A stretch of DNA of 64,000 nucleotides from Mobula hypostoma (GCF_963921235.1 NC_086109.1:21826001-21890000); one strand, 5' to 3'; shown: positions 1 to 12,940, counted from the stretch's first letter. Notes: generated from the sequence alone by a model not told the origin. Numbers and translations are program-made.

Positions 1-783
1 ACAATTTACAATGATCAATTAATCTGCCAACCGGTACATCTTTGGACTGTGGGAGGACACCAGAGCAGCCAGGGGAAACCCAGGCCGTGACAAGGAGAAC
101 GTATGAACTCATGCTGCCTGAGCTGCTGAGTTCTCCCAGCATTCTGTGTGTGCTACCCTGGATTTCCAGCATCTGCAGAATCTTTTTTTTAACTTTGCAC
201 AAAGCTGCCCAAAATCATCACTTCATCCTATTTCCCAGTGTAGTTTCCCATTCTCCCTCCATCCTCAATCTCCCTGTTGCCAAATGTCCTAGCCCCCAAC
301 CTACTCATCATCCATCCTCTCCAAATTTACAGTTGAATCTCTCTGCAATCCGTCCACCCACTGCACAGTTCCCGTCCACACTCTACTCTGTATGGACGCC
401 ACCTCTCTCCCAAGACCACCCCATTATAATGACCATTCCTTTGACACTTGTCCAAATGTGAATTGACTGCTTTTCATTTCAGGCTGGGCTGCTGCAAAAT
501 AACTTTCAACAGTTTCCTCTCTTATTTGAGGGAACTGCAGAAGCTGGCATTGTTCTCAGAACAGGGCAGATATAGGGAAGATTTTATTTACATCAACAAT
601 ATCAGGGCCAAGAATCTGTCGAGACAGATTTAAGGTAATTGGCAAAATCCAGAGGCAATATGAGAATATATTCCTTTAAGCTGTTTTGTTCTGGGGCTTT
701 TGGAGAGTTTCAACTGTGACTCTCCAAAAAGAATCGAATATATAATAAAAGACAAATTTTCTGCGTCATAGGTAAGCAGATTC

Positions 784-1080
784 TGGGCACGTGGTCAAGT
801 GGTTAAGGCACTGGACTAGCAACCTGAAGGTCGTGAGTTCAAGCCCCAGCCGAGGCAACGTGTTGTGTCCTTGAGCAAGGCACTTAATCACACATTGCTC
901 TGCAACGACACTGGTACCAAGCTGTATGGGTCCTAATGCCCTTCCCTTGGACAACATCAGTGTCGTGCAGCATGGGCAACTGCCGGTTTTCCACACAACC
1001 TTGCCCAGGCCTGCGCCCTGGAGAGTGAAGATTTTCCAGGCGCAGATCCATGGTCTCGCAAGACTAACGGATGCTTTTAC
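784..1080 (+). mobile_element. tRNA-derived SINE (family A)
   Basis: Pol III A box (TGGTCAAGTGG) and B box (GTTCAAGCC); closely similar to 15240-15545; partial flanking duplication CATAGGTAAG (767-776 / 1081-1090). Confidence 0.85.
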
Positions 1081-1220
1081 CATAGGTAAGAAACAGAAGA
1101 GTGTGACCAATCAGAATGCTTTGCCAAGGAGGTAATAGACAATGCGCTTTATACCATTCCGTAAGGTCATGACCTATAACTCCCCCCACAGCATCTAGCC
1201 CCATTCCCAACCCAGCTTAC

Positions 1221-2051
1221 CTAGAACAGGAGGTCCTAATAGCACAGGGCAGCACTCTACAATGGTGACCAGCCCCACTGCACTGGAGAACCTCTGTGCC
1301 CCCACCAGGTCCATCAACGTCTCGAACAGGACGGCGCTCAGCATGCCGAAGGCAAAACCGAAGAAGATGGTGTATATGACCAGACCGGTGTAGTCAGTCG
1401 CCAAGGGCATCAAGACGTGGCAGATACCATTGTACAGCACAGAGAAAGAGAAGAAGTACTGGACCTTTGGTCTCACCCACTTGGTGTTGGCTACAAATCC
1501 CATGGATGGCCGGGCAAACATGTCCACAAAGGCCAGGATGGAGAGCAGGAAAGCTGCTTTATACTCATCAATGCCCATGTTTTTGGCATAGGAAGATAAG
1601 AATACCAGAGGGGCAAACAGACCGAAAAACATGATGACATTGCCGGACAAGTAGATCAGGAAACCCCTGTGCTTAAACAACGACAGATCCAGGTACTTGT
1701 TGATGGTTTGGAAGACACTGAGCTTTGGTTCTGGCTCTTTTTTCAGAAGGTCAGAATTTACTCCCTCTTCTTGTTTGACGCTCCCAGATACTTTCGGGGT
1801 GTTGGTCGCCGGGAGGCCAATGGGGCGCATGAGTGAACCGGCCACACAGCAGTTCAGCAGGATCCCACCCAGGATCAGGAAGCCTCCTTTCCACGAGTAA
1901 TTGTCATAAAGGTATTGGTTGAGAGGTGCCAGGGTGCTGAGGACCACCGGGCTGCCAGCCATGGCTAGCCCATTAGCCAGAGGACGTTTCTTGTAGAAGT
2001 ACTTCCCAATAATGGTCAGTGCTGGTTGCAAGTTGAATGCAAGTCCGAGAC
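1221..2051 (-). CDS. SLC16A1: Monocarboxylate transporter 1, large internal coding exon (831 nt)
   Basis: Translates [36 protein letters not shown]...[25 protein letters not shown]...AFVDMFARP...[24 protein letters not shown]. Acceptor ttttccAG at 2053-2052, donor GTAAGC at 1220. Phase 1/1, consistent with the upstream exons. The final exon is outside the window. Confidence 0.93.
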
Positions 2052-2289
2052 CTGGAAAATATTTGTTTTAAAGTATCAGTGTTGAGCATTACATTAAGTA
2101 AATACACAAATTTCTAAAATCAGGGTGGGCAGGGGGGAAGGAATTCTTCAGGAAATCTTCCCTGTCTGCACTATTTATTAATGTCCACACTGCAGCCTAA
2201 TGCTCATCTCCAGCCCTCTTCATTGCTTTTAAATCCTCCTGTGGTTCTGTAGTACTCTACTCTTTCTCCAACCCCATCTCTGTAACTCT

Positions 2290-2520
2290 TCACAGCTAGG
2301 TGGCCTCTTTGCCGAACACTTGCGTCCTGTCCACCATGGCTGACTGTCTCTTAGTTGTGAGCCATTTTAATGTGCTCCCCATTCTCTCAGCGACCTGTCT
2401 GCCCTCAACCTCCTCCATGGCCAACACGAGGCTAAATGTAAATGAGCCAAACAGTATCTCACACTCTAGCTAGCTGGTCTACACCCCGAGAGGATGAATG
2501 TTGAAATCCCTAATTTCAGA
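2290..2520 (+). mobile_element. Decayed Penelope-like GIY-YIG 3' remnant
   Basis: Diverged similarity to the FAEHLR..HFN..HSHSD..LQPDGMN-encoding DNA of the intact copies at 39180-39400. Confidence 0.55.
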
Positions 2521-2534
2521 TTTCTATCTCATTT

Positions 2535-2897
2535 CTCTTTGAGTGATTATGCAGAAAGTTTGAAGTTAATAACTCATCAGGGGTGATTGATAAGTTCGTT
2601 GCCTACGGTTGAAGGAGATGAGTTATTAACTTCAAACTTTCCGTATAATCACTCGAAGAGTTGAACTGCATGTGCATGTAATGAGAACTGTATAACTCAT
2701 TTCCTTCTACTATAGGCCACGAACTTATCAATCACCCACCTGTGGACACTTTCTGGAGGTCCAAGATCCGTATGCTCCACGACCGCTGGACTAAGTGTGT
2801 AAATGTAGGAGGGGACTATATTGAAAAATAAATGTGCTAGGTTTTCTAAAATTGACTCCTTCTACCTTAGGCCACGAACTCATCAATCACCCTTCAT
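2535..2897 (+). mobile_element. Mariner-derived non-autonomous element, rearranged
   Basis: TIR GGGTGATTGATAAGTTCGT at 2581, with reverse-complement copies near 2718-2737 and 2874-2892. 2767-2831 encodes a mariner transposase C-terminus (RMLHDRWTKCVNVGGDYIEK*). Confidence 0.8.
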
Positions 2898-3653
2898 ATT
2901 TCTTATTGTAACATATAGTATTTTGTTGTACTGCTACCACAAAACAAGAAATTCCACGAATATATCAGTGATAATAAACCTGATTCTGATTCAGATGCAT
3001 TGAATTCTGATAAATATGTGAACTGAATCCAGCAAGACAAGGCCAGACAGAGCCACAGGAAAGAGTACAGGAAACGGACAGAGGAGAGGTGTGAGTGTGT
3101 GCACACACGCTTGAGAGTCAATAGGGGAGAATAAAAGTGACAGGGTATGTGTGAGGTGATGGCAGGGAGATGGGGCAAAGGCCAAGTGGGAAAGCACAGG
3201 CCAGGAGTGAAGCTAATATAGAATACAATATAGAAATGTGTGCAAAAGAGAGGGACAGTCACTGTGGGGATAACAAAGTGCCCCTCTCTTATCCACCAGC
3301 CTTGCCAATTTGCAGTGTCACTGGCAATATCAGACTCTGACTGGAAGGATCCTCTTATTGAAAACAACTCCACCGCATTACTAACATCCCCGCCCCAACC
3401 ACAAACAGAAGTGCTCACACCAAATGAAAGTAGAGCGGAAGTTAAATCTGATTTGCAATATGGATGCAGGGACTATTGTGGTTAAATATTACTCTGGTAC
3501 TTAACACAAGACTCTCAGTAAACAGCAATAGAATGATAACCAGGCAATGTAATTATATTGGCAGTATTCCCTGTTTTTACATGAACACTCACACACCATT
3601 TCCACATTCAAACATGGACTACAAGGTACAAGATACAATTATTCAGCACTTAC

Positions 3654-3797
3654 CTCCAATTACTCCAATGCAGAAGTAAAGCTCCACAATACTGTTGCAA
3701 AAGAAAGCGATGATCATGCCCAAGCTCGCCAGCAGTCCACCCAGTAGCACCACTGGCCGACTTCCATACCTGTTCACCAGGATACTGCTGATAGGGC
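3654..3797 (-). CDS. SLC16A1: Monocarboxylate transporter 1, second coding exon (144 nt)
   Basis: Not in the ORF track in this frame. Reads (G)[47 protein letters not shown]. Acceptor ctctccctcAG at 3799-3798, donor GTAAGT at 3653. 144 nt matches the orthologous vertebrate exon. Confidence 0.93.
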
Positions 3798-5474
3798 CTG
3801 AGGGAGAGTGTGAGAGTGATTAGCATGAAAACGGAGAGGGAACAATAATCTAACCCATATGCCAATCTACCCAGCAAGTTTAGCTGACTCTTAGATGGTT
3901 TCTGTCTCCCTAAGTGACAGTCATTTGGGAGTTTTGCTCAGAGGCACTGGGGGCTATAAATAAGCAGGTCAACTTTATGTGGGGACAGGTCTTCTTCCAG
4001 GTTTGAGGATAATCTTGTAACAAGATATTTTCAAACTTCACAGCAAAGGACCACAATCTTGGATTTGAGGAACATAGTGACAGAAAGAGATCCTTTGTTT
4101 CTAATTCAGTCAGACCATCATTGGATTAGATCATGGCTGAACTGGAGTTAAACTTCAACTACTCAATTTGGTTCCATAACCCCTTTCGGTAATGAGCTCT
4201 TCCGACCTGCTGGACAGCATTGGGCTTCGAGGTTTTTCGAGCCACCTGAATTGCTTAATTGGTGTTTAAAGGGAGTCATTAATTGTTTCAGAGTTCCTTG
4301 TGTTTGTCTCAAGCAACTCACTCTTTGTAATGGTGCTGGTGCTCCTGGTGCTTTCTGTGTAAGCTTAAGATTATTTTGATCGGCTCAGGGATTTCGTGTC
4401 ACTTGTATTATTTAAGCAGATGCCCAATTAGCACTAATCATGGGGTCCTAGTTTTGGGAATGTTACTTCTCGCAGTGTCACTCTACCAAGCTACTGATGT
4501 TCTTTTGGAATTATGTTGAATAAACTCTCATCGTCATCTCCACATCAGAGTCTCTGTCTTTCCTCCACACCTAAGTTCTGATATTGCCAGTGCACAGGGT
4601 GATGATTCCCAACACAATGATACAACAAAAGCAAACTTCCGGGAAGGACAAGTTAATATTTCAACCAGTCATCGGAACAACTTCTTGTGGGAATCAAGGT
4701 AAAATGACATAGAAACCCCATCAAAAAGAGCAGAATTTTGTCCAGGTGAGCGGTTCCATTGACCTGAAAGGAGAGTTCCCTTTCTTTCCCCACAGGCAGT
4801 TTTCGAGAACTGCCCGCACTTTACTCCCTTCTCCATCACATCATAAATCAAAGCATCTAAGGTCAGTTAGGATATATCCAGGTAATTAGTTCGTATCTGG
4901 CTGCTTCTACCTGGGATGTACAAGACTCAAAGAGTCGGGTGATATGATGGGACTTTTAGACCGAGCAGAAATTCTTCCATCCCGAGTAAGTCAAACACTA
5001 GCCATTGAAATTTTAATGCAAAGGTAGAAATACAGCCAACTTGGGCATGAAAAGACCAGAAAACTGCAGCGGATCAATAACCAGATCATTTACTTTAGCT
5101 TCTAGTGGTGCTGGTGGAAAATATAATGTCCCAAGAAACTAAGAATAACAGACTTCCACTGCCCCACAATAGTAGCACTGGGGTCTTTTCCACACACTAC
5201 GGGACACAGTGGGTCAATGGTAGAGCTGATGCTTTACAGCTCCGACAAGCTGGTTCAATCCTGACCTCCGGTGAGGTCTGTATGGAATTGGCATGCTCTT
5301 CCTGTGGCTCCATGGGTTTCATCCAGATGCTCCTGTTTCCTCCCATGTCACAAAAATGTGCCCATTGGAAAAGTTAATTGCACACTGTCAAAGTGCGTGG
5401 AGGAAGGGTAAAGCAGTACAGGGGATGGAAGCAGGGGTAGATGATGGGAGTATGAGAAACCAAAGAGGCTGCTT

Positions 5475-5737
5475 TATTTATTTATCGAGATACAGAGCGG
5501 AATAGGCCCTTCAAGTTGCACCGCCCAACTACCCCCGAATTAACCCTAGCCTCATCACGGGACAATTTACAATGACCAACTGGTACATCTTTGGACTGTG
5601 GGAGGAAACTGGAGCATCTGGGGAAAACGCACGCAGTCACGGGGAGAACACACAAACTCCTTGCAGGCAGCGGCAGAAATTGAACCCGGGTCGCTGGCAC
5701 TGTAAAGCACTGCGCTAACCACTACGCTACCGTGCTG
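5475..5737 (-). mobile_element. V-SINE/HE1-like tRNA SINE (representative of about 14 copies)
   Basis: tRNA-like head plus V-domain-like GTTCTCCCCGTGACTGCGTG...GTTTCCTCCCACAGTCCAAAGA and an (AAAT)n tail. Related copies at about 1-110, 5200-5370, 10130-10370, 13970-14060, 14140-14300, 20705-20935, 22070-22240, 24190-24460, 45075-45290, 46230-46410, 49957-50225, 50445-50670 and 60800-61050. Confidence 0.8.
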
Positions 5738-5992
5738 TTTCTCTGCAACTGCGAACAAGCCAGCCTATGAACACTGATCCCAACACCATGCGGTCGCACA
5801 GCATTCCACTCCTACTCTAGCTAAACCAGAGCCCATTTGTTGCTACGTCAAAGTCAACTTTGTCATCTGCACAAGTACGTGCATGCACCGTTCCAATGAA
5901 AAGTTTACTGGTAGTGGCATCCCAAGCGCATAGCATCGTATAAACAGCATTCACAAGAAAAACATAAATTAAACAAGGATTAAATTATTTTC

Positions 5993-7290
5993 CAGGATTA
6001 TCCTTGGTTCACTTCTTGAATAATAGGATGTTAGCTACTTGCCAGTCCTCCGGGACATCACCTGTGGCTAGAGAGGACAGGAAGATATTGGTCAAGGCCC
6101 CAGCAATCTCTTTTCTTGCCTCTCTCAATAACCATCATGGTATATTCCATCAGGCCCTGGGGACTTATCTACCTTAATGCTCTTTAAGAGACCCAAAACT
6201 ACCTCCTCCTTTACCTCAAAATGCCCTAGCATATTAATATGCCCAGCACTGATCTCTCTTTCCTCCATGTCCTTCTGTAAAGTGCTCATTAAAGACCTCA
6301 CCCACATTCTCAGCATTCAAGAAAATGTCCTTCCTTTATCCTTGAGTGGTCCTACTCCCTTCCTAGTTATCTTCTTGCTCTTGATGTATGCATAGAATGC
6401 CTTGGGTTTCGCTTTAATCCTACCAAGGATTAAAAGGCCAAGGACTTCTCATTGGCCCTTCCTGGCTTTCCTAATTTTCTTCTTCAATTTTTTTCTGGTT
6501 TTTTTTATAATCCTCAAGGGCTCTGTTTGATTCTAGTTTCCTAAGCTTTAGATACATTTTCTTTTTCCTTCTTAAATAAATACATCACCTCTCTTGACAC
6601 CCAAGGTTTTCTTACTTTGCTATCCTTGTCCTTCCTTCTTAATGGAACGTACCTGTTCTGTAATTTATGCAGTTGGTCTTTAAACACCCTCCATATGTCA
6701 GATGTGGCTATCCCAATTAACTCTCCCTAGTTCATGCCTAATGTAATTGTCTTGCTCCATTGTAATACAGTATTCTCCCACAAAGCCCATACTTATCTTC
6801 ATCCATAACTATCTTATCCTTAAGGAGCTGTGGTTACTGTTCCCTAACTGTTCACTCACTGCCTGTACAGGCTCATAACACCAGGTCCGGTACAGCCTCC
6901 CCTCTTGTTGGACTATCTACATATTGATTTAAGAAACCCTCCTGGATGCACCTAACAAATTGTACCCCATCTAAACCTCCTGCACTAAGAAGGCCCCTGT
7001 TTATATTACAGAAGTTGAAGTCCCCCATAACAACAAACCATAATGTTTATACACACTTCCTTAACTTTCCTCCATATCTATTCCTCGATGTCCTGGTGTC
7101 TGTAGTACAACCCAGTCAGTGATTGTACCCTTCCCATTTTTGAGTTCTACCCATATAGGCTCAGTGTACGAGCTCTCCTTTATGTCCCATCTGATTGCAG
7201 ATGTGATATTGTCCCTGATTAGTAGTGTAACTCCCCCAGCTCTTCAACTTCCCCCCCCTACTTTTTCTAAAACATCAAAATGTCATGCTC
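5993..7290 (-). mobile_element. CR1-type LINE ORF2 fragment, decayed
   Basis: ORF 6125-6316 contains LKSIKVDKSPGPDGIY; adjacent DNA encodes a TGDVPEDWQVAN-like segment; many disablements. Confidence 0.8.
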
Positions 7291-8324
7291 ATTCAAATTG
7301 CCCAGTCTGTAATGCAATCAGTCAGGATATTTTCAAGAGTACATCTGTGTATGTTCTTTACGAAGCTTAGTGACAAGTCAAGCTTCCTTAGAATGTAAAA
7401 GAAGCCTTAGTGGAATGTAAAGACACTAGCGCTTTATAGACTCTCTCCATAGCTGGTTTCTAATGTAGATTGATGTACGTTCACCCACCTTCCTCTTGCT
7501 GACATCAATAACCAGCTGTTTAATCTTACTAGCATTGAATAGGCATGTTTCTATTGCAGCAGCACTTAACCAGGTGTCCTATTTCACTTATACACTAACT
7601 CATGAGCATCTGTTTCATCCAACTCAAGTGGTGCCATTAGTGAATTTGGATATGGCATTGGAGCTGTGTTTATCCGCATTCACGTGTATGCAGAGAGTAA
7701 AGCAAGGGGCTAAAGAGATGCAACTACGCTGATGGCCAGTGAAGATGAAGTGTTATTACCAATCCTAATTGACTGAGGTCTGCCAATGAGGAAGTCAAAT
7801 ATCAAGTTGCAGGGGGAGTTACTGAGGCCCCGGTCTTGAAGCACAATGATGAATTTGGGTGAATTGTCTGTGTTAACGCCAATCTATAGTCAATGAACAG
7901 CAAGCTAATTTAAGAATTCGTGTTGTCCAGGAGACCCAAAGCCAGAGAAAGCTCATCGGCAGCTGACCTGTTGCGGCAGTAGACAACCTGAAGTAGATCA
8001 GGTTGTCTCTGAGGCAGGAGTTGACTTGCGCCATAACCAACCTCCCAAGCACTCCCTTATTGTTAATCGAAGTGCTACTGAGTGGTAGTCATTCAGACCG
8101 GTAACTGAGACCTTCTTAGACAATGGTACAATAGAAACCTTTCTGAAGCAGGTGTACATTAGCTTTGCAGAGTCAAAACAAAGCTTGCCCTACTGCAGCA
8201 TACTTTCATATCCAGCCTGCCCCTTCAAACTTTATTCCTGGTATTGGTATTGGCTTATTATTGTCAAAGTGAAAAGCTCATGTTATGTACTATTTATACA
8301 GATCAAATTATTACACATTGTATA

Positions 8325-8554
8325 AGGTGGGGGGCGGGGAATGTCGACTCAGACCATGAGAGGCCTGCGTTGGGCATATTCATGCCTTACAAGGAACAGA
8401 TTGGAAGTCTGTGTGGGGCACCACTCTTCACACAGACACTAGAGCAATGTGTGGTTAAGTGCCTTGCTCAAGGACACAAACACGCTGCCACAGCTGAGGC
8501 TCGAACTAGCGACCTTCAGATCACTAGACGAACGCCTTAACCACTTGGCCACGT
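8325..8554 (-). mobile_element. tRNA-derived SINE sharing head and core with family A, different body
   Basis: Reverse complement begins ACGTGGCCAAGTGGTTAAGGC...GTTCGAGCC...GTGTCCTTGAGCAAGGCACTTAA, then diverges from 784-1080. Confidence 0.75.
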
Positions 8555-9246
8555 AAAACAGTAAGAATTCAGAGCAAAATGTAAAAGTGAAATACAGGTA
8601 AATGATAAATTGTAAGATCATACCGAGGTAAATTGTGAGGCCAAGAGTCCATCTCAACAACTGAAGAATCAATCTACCTCGTTATGATCTTGCACTTAAT
8701 TGTTTCTCTAAACTGTACTCTTCTGGCAGCTTTTACACTTTATTCTGCATTGTTATTGTTTAATGTTATTCTTGCTCATTTTACCATGTAATGATTTGAT
8801 CTGTGTGAATAGTACACAAGGCAAGCTTTTCACAGTTTCTAGATACACGTGGCAATATTAAACCATTGCCAATATTATTCTGTACTTGTCGGAATCCCCT
8901 GCTCCACCTAAGCTGCTCACATGTGTCAGTTGAAGCTGGAAATAAGTGCTGGAGCCAACAGACTTGGTGTGTTTTTGTGGCTCCATTTCAACTTAATACG
9001 ATTAACAAACACAGCCTCTGACAAAACCTACAGTTAATTAGATTAACTGGATACAAGAAATGAAAACACGATTCACCTCAGTAACCCTGGTCTCAACTTT
9101 GCTGTAACATTCATTTGCCCCATCTGTTAGACAATATTCAGGAGTTATGTGAGTATAGCAGATATTAATTCAAGCAAGAGCCAGTCTTCAATTCTGATGT
9201 AAATGGCAAGCAATAATCAGTCTGAAGTTAAAAGGACAGCTTTGCA

Positions 9247-9832
9247 AACACAACACGAGGAAATCTGCAGATGCTGGAATTTCAAGCAACACACATAAAA
9301 GTTGCTGGTGAATGCAGCAGGCCAGGCAGCATCTCTAGGAAGAGGTACAGTCGACGTTTCGGGCCGAGACCCTTCATCAGGGCTAACTGAAAGAAGAGCT
9401 AGTAAGAGATTTGAAAGTGGGAGGGGGAGGGGGAGATCCGAAATGATAGGAGAAGACAGGAGGGGGAGGGATGGAGCCAAGAGCAGGACAGGTGATTGGC
9501 AAAAGGGATATGAGAGGATCATGGGACAGGAGGCCCAGGGAAAAGGAAAAGGGGGAGGGGGGAAAAACACAGAGGATCCTTTTGCCAATCACCTGTCCAG
9601 CTCTTGGCTCCATCCCTCCCCCTCCTGTCTTCTCCTATCATTTTGGATCTCCCCCTCCCCCTCCCACTTTCAAATCTCTTACTAGCTCTTCCTTCAGTTA
9701 GTCCTGACGAAGGGTCTCGGCCTGAAATGTCAACTGTACCTCTTCCTAGAGATGCTGCCCGGCCTGCTGCGTTCACCAGCAACTTTGATGTGTGCTGCTT
9801 GAATTTCCAGCATCTGCAGAATTCCTCGTGTT
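9247..9832. mobile_element. Palindromic pair of Penelope-like 3' ends
   Basis: Left arm (minus, about 9247-9577) and right arm (plus, about 9576-9832) are reverse complements of each other and match the non-coding tail at 32720-33037. Confidence 0.9.
9348..9384 (-). ncRNA. Minimal hammerhead ribozyme motif
   Basis: Reverse complement agcc-CTGATGA-agggtctcggccc-GAAAC-GTC-gactg; core intact, one stem I mismatch. Confidence 0.65.
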
Positions 9833-10371
9833 TGAGCTGTAAGGAGATATGGTTTGCAAAATGAAGTGACCGTGAGACTTTCATGACTGCATCAATCAAG
9901 TGTAACACAACATAATAATAGGTTAGGTTCACTGGCCTACGATCAAATCAGTTAACACTGGTTTGCACCATTATGACTTGAGTTCAAACTGGCAGACCAA
10001 ACTGATGTTGTCACTTAACGTATCAAACTTGGTGACGGGGTATCGTTGATCTATCGGTCGTTGGATATTTGTGTACTCAGAATCAGTCCTAAACAACATT
10101 AATTTGAGTAATGCAAACAATTTTATGTTTTTATTTACTAAGATACAGCATGGAATAGGCCCTTCTGGTCCTTCAAGCCATGCTGCCCAGCAGTCCCCTG
10201 ATTTAACCCCAGCCTGATCACGGGACAATTTACAACGACCAATTAACCTCCCAACCGGTACATCTTTGGACTGCGGGAGGACACCAGAGCACCTGGTGGA
10301 AACCCATACAGTCACGAGGAGAACAGTCAACGGCAGGGACTGAACTCTGATCGCCGGTACTGTACCGTGCT

Positions 10372-10775
10372 GTCTTAATGTGCTGGAGGAGCTCAGCAGG
10401 TCAGGCAGTATCTCTAGATGGGAATAAACAGTCGACGTTTTGAGCCGAGACCCTTCATCAGGACTGGAAAGGAAGGGGAAAGAAGTCAGAGTGAGAAGGT
10501 GGGGGGAGGTGAGAAAGAAGTACAAGGAGGTGGTAACAGGTCAAACTGGGAGAGGAGAGGGAGGTGAAGTAAAGAGCCGGGAAGTTGATTACTGGAAGAG
10601 ATAAGGAGCTGGAGAAGAAGGAACCCGATAACAGGACAGAACACCATGGAAGAAAGTGAGGGGAGAGGAGCACCAGAGGGAGGTGATGGGCAGGTAAGAA
10701 GAGAAAGTTTGAGAGAGAAACAAGAATGGGGAATGGGAAGGTGGGGGGGGGGTAATTATGGAAGTTCAAGAAATC
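10372..10775 (-). mobile_element. Older Penelope-like 3' tail with mutated hammerhead core
   Basis: Reverse complement of 10429-10466 is cagtcCTGATGAagggtctcggctcAAAACGTCgactg (GAAA changed to AAAA); pyrimidine-rich tail body. Confidence 0.7.
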
Positions 10776-11451
10776 AATTAATTCATTATGAAATACTTTG
10801 TCCCAGCAAAAGTGGTTGAACATTCAGGTGTTTCCCACTGTAGAGATTCAAGATTCAGGATTGCTTAATGTCATTTCCAGTACACAAGTGTAAAAGGGAA
10901 CAAAATAAATGTTACCCTGGATACGATGCAACACAAAACAAAAACAATAAATATAGATTACGTACATAGATTGATTGTAAAGTATGTCCATAAAGTGACT
11001 CTAGGCACAGGAGCGTCTGTACATAAAGGGACTCTGATATGAAATGAAGAAGTACCTTTTGGTGGGGTGTAGTGGAGTGGGTTACTGGGTGGAGGTGTTG
11101 ATCAGCCTTTCTGCCGGGAAAGTAACCGTTTTTGAGTCTAGTAGTCCTGGTGTAGTCGTCACGTAGCCTCCTCCCCGATGAGCAGGGTGGGTGGGATTGT
11201 TCATGATCTTGCTTGCCTTTTTCTGGCACGTTTCTGTATATATATGTCTTTGATGGCAGGGAGGCTGGAGCTGGTGATGCACGGGCAGTTTTAACTACCT
11301 GCTGTAGAACCTTCCTGTCTGCTGCAGTGCAGATTCTGTACCATGCAGTGAAGCTGCTACTGTGCATCTGCCAAAGGATGTGAGTGCAGATATGCCAATG
11401 TAATTCAAAGGAAACATTGTCAACCCAAAATATTGAAGTAAACAACGTCAT

Positions 11452-11644
11452 TGTAACCCTTGAGATTGTATTGAATCACCTACTGTTACTTTTAATCTTA
11501 AGGGTATAAAAACGTGATGCACTTTGTGTTTGAGAGACTCTACACCAAGAGGATCTCCAAAAGAATGCCTGGTTGTTGTGATAAATAAACATCTATATCA
11601 GCAGCTTAGGTATCTCTCCAGTGACTTAGATCACAGTCACAACA
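11452..11644 (+). mobile_element. Putative solo LTR
   Basis: TGTAA...ACA ends, TATA-like GGGTATAAAAA at about 11502, AATAAA at about 11584, imperfect 4-bp flanks TCAT/TCAC. Confidence 0.5.
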
Positions 11645-11809
11645 TCACCCTCTCTGCTATCTAATTCTGAATTATTTTCTTACTATCTCAGTTTTAGTGA
11701 AATTGAGACATGAAACATTAATTCTCTTGCTCTTTTCATAGATGCAGAGTGTTTCAGGCTTTTTCTAGGTCTTTTATTCCAGATTTATTTGATTTTCATC
11801 AGAAGTCGA

Positions 11810-12269
11810 AACAGTGTGCAATTTCAAGTTCCCGGGTGTCAAGATCGCTGAGGATCTATCCTGGACCCAAATATCGATGCAGCTACAAAGAAGGCACGAC
11901 AGCAGCTATATTTTATTAGGAGTCTGCAAAGATTTCGTTTGTCACCAAAGACACGAGCAAATTTCTATAGCTGTACTGCAGAAAGTATTCTAACTGGCTG
12001 CATCACCATTTGGTATGGGGGTGAGGTTCAACTGCATAGAATCAAAATAGATGCAGAGAGTTGTAAAATTAGTCAGCTCCGTATCCAGAACATCTTCAAG
12101 GAGCAGTCAGGACATGCCTTGTTCTCATTGCTACCATCAGGTAGGAGATACAGAAGCCGAAAGGCACACACTCAGTGATTCAGGAACAGCTTCTTCCCCT
12201 CTGCCATTAAATTTCTGAATGGATGAATGGATATTGAACCCACTTTTTTATTTCTATTTTTGCACCACC

Positions 12270-12312
<43 letters not shown>

Positions 12313-12440
12313 TACATACACACACACTTACTGTAATTAATGTTCTTTTCTATTATAATGTATTGGATTGTATTGCTGTCGCAAAGACAGCAAATTTCAA
12401 GATATATTCCTGCGTTGTGAAACCTGATTCTGATTCTGAA
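11810..12440 (+). mobile_element. Old Rex1/L2-type LINE 3' relic (representative)
   Basis: Encodes remnants such as NFYSCTAESILTGCITIWYG and FSLLPSGRRYRS. Similar relics at about 7700-8160, 23090-23645, 24530-25980, 33100-33990, 41700-42740 and 44080-45440. Confidence 0.75.
12273..12327. repeat. (TA)n/(CA)n microsatellite
   Basis: About 15 TA units followed by an imperfect CA run. Confidence 0.95.
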
Positions 12441-12604
12441 GTGAGGTAGCAAAAGCTTAAAGCAAAAAAAAACACAAAGGGTTTCTTGTTCACAAAGCTA
12501 GACTCACAATGGACCGCTAAACTTCACAGCTGCTTTATTCAAATTTTATTAAATGGTCATGAACCACATGCTAAACTACCAGATTATCTACAATAGCCTA
12601 GGTT

Positions 12605-12940
12605 AGGTGCAGTATTCTCATCTTTCGGGCTAATGGCTGTGGGTTCAAACCTCAGTATTAAGATTTGAACACAAAGCCTGGCTGTCATTTCTAGCACAGT
12701 ACTGAGGATCAGTGACACTGTCAGAGATCACCTGTAAGGTTTTAAACAACATGTATATAAGATGTCCAACATTATTATATTGAAGGAGGATCAGTTTTCA
12801 CCCACATCCCCTCAAATGACATCACATCCTGCAAGAGGTTTGCTCAACATTTCACCTGCTATTGCATAACCTAATCATAGATGCTGGTTCTTTGGCTACA
12901 GAGCACAATAGAGCACTTCAAATAAAGTACTTCTTCATTG
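12605..12940 (+). mobile_element. Ancient DeuSINE/SacSINE-like relic
   Basis: B-box GGGTTCAAAC followed by Deu-domain-like CAGTACTGAGG...CACTGTCAGAG; weaker relatives at about 14730-14850 and 27690-28040. Confidence 0.5.

Noticed and set aside
784..850. tRNA-like sequences here and at 8490-8554 and 15240-15310
   Set aside because: They continue into SINE bodies, with a clear TSD at the 15240 copy; SINE heads, not tRNA genes.
1..1220. Search for the last SLC16A1 coding exon
   Set aside because: No TM12/C-terminal-like translation seen; the exon must lie left of the window.
1195..1220. ORF-track extensions of the MCT exons (KLGWEWG; also [10 protein letters not shown] at 28685-28719)
   Set aside because: Read-through past canonical GT donors into introns.
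4190..4615. Possible solo LTR (TGTAAT start, AATAAA, ACACA end)
   Set aside because: No matching TSD and ambiguous left boundary.
9217..9932. Recurring ORFs such as MLVNAAGQAASLGRG and SPDEGSRPETST in several places
   Set aside because: Translations of the non-coding Penelope tail; SPDEGSRPETST is simply the hammerhead DNA in frame.
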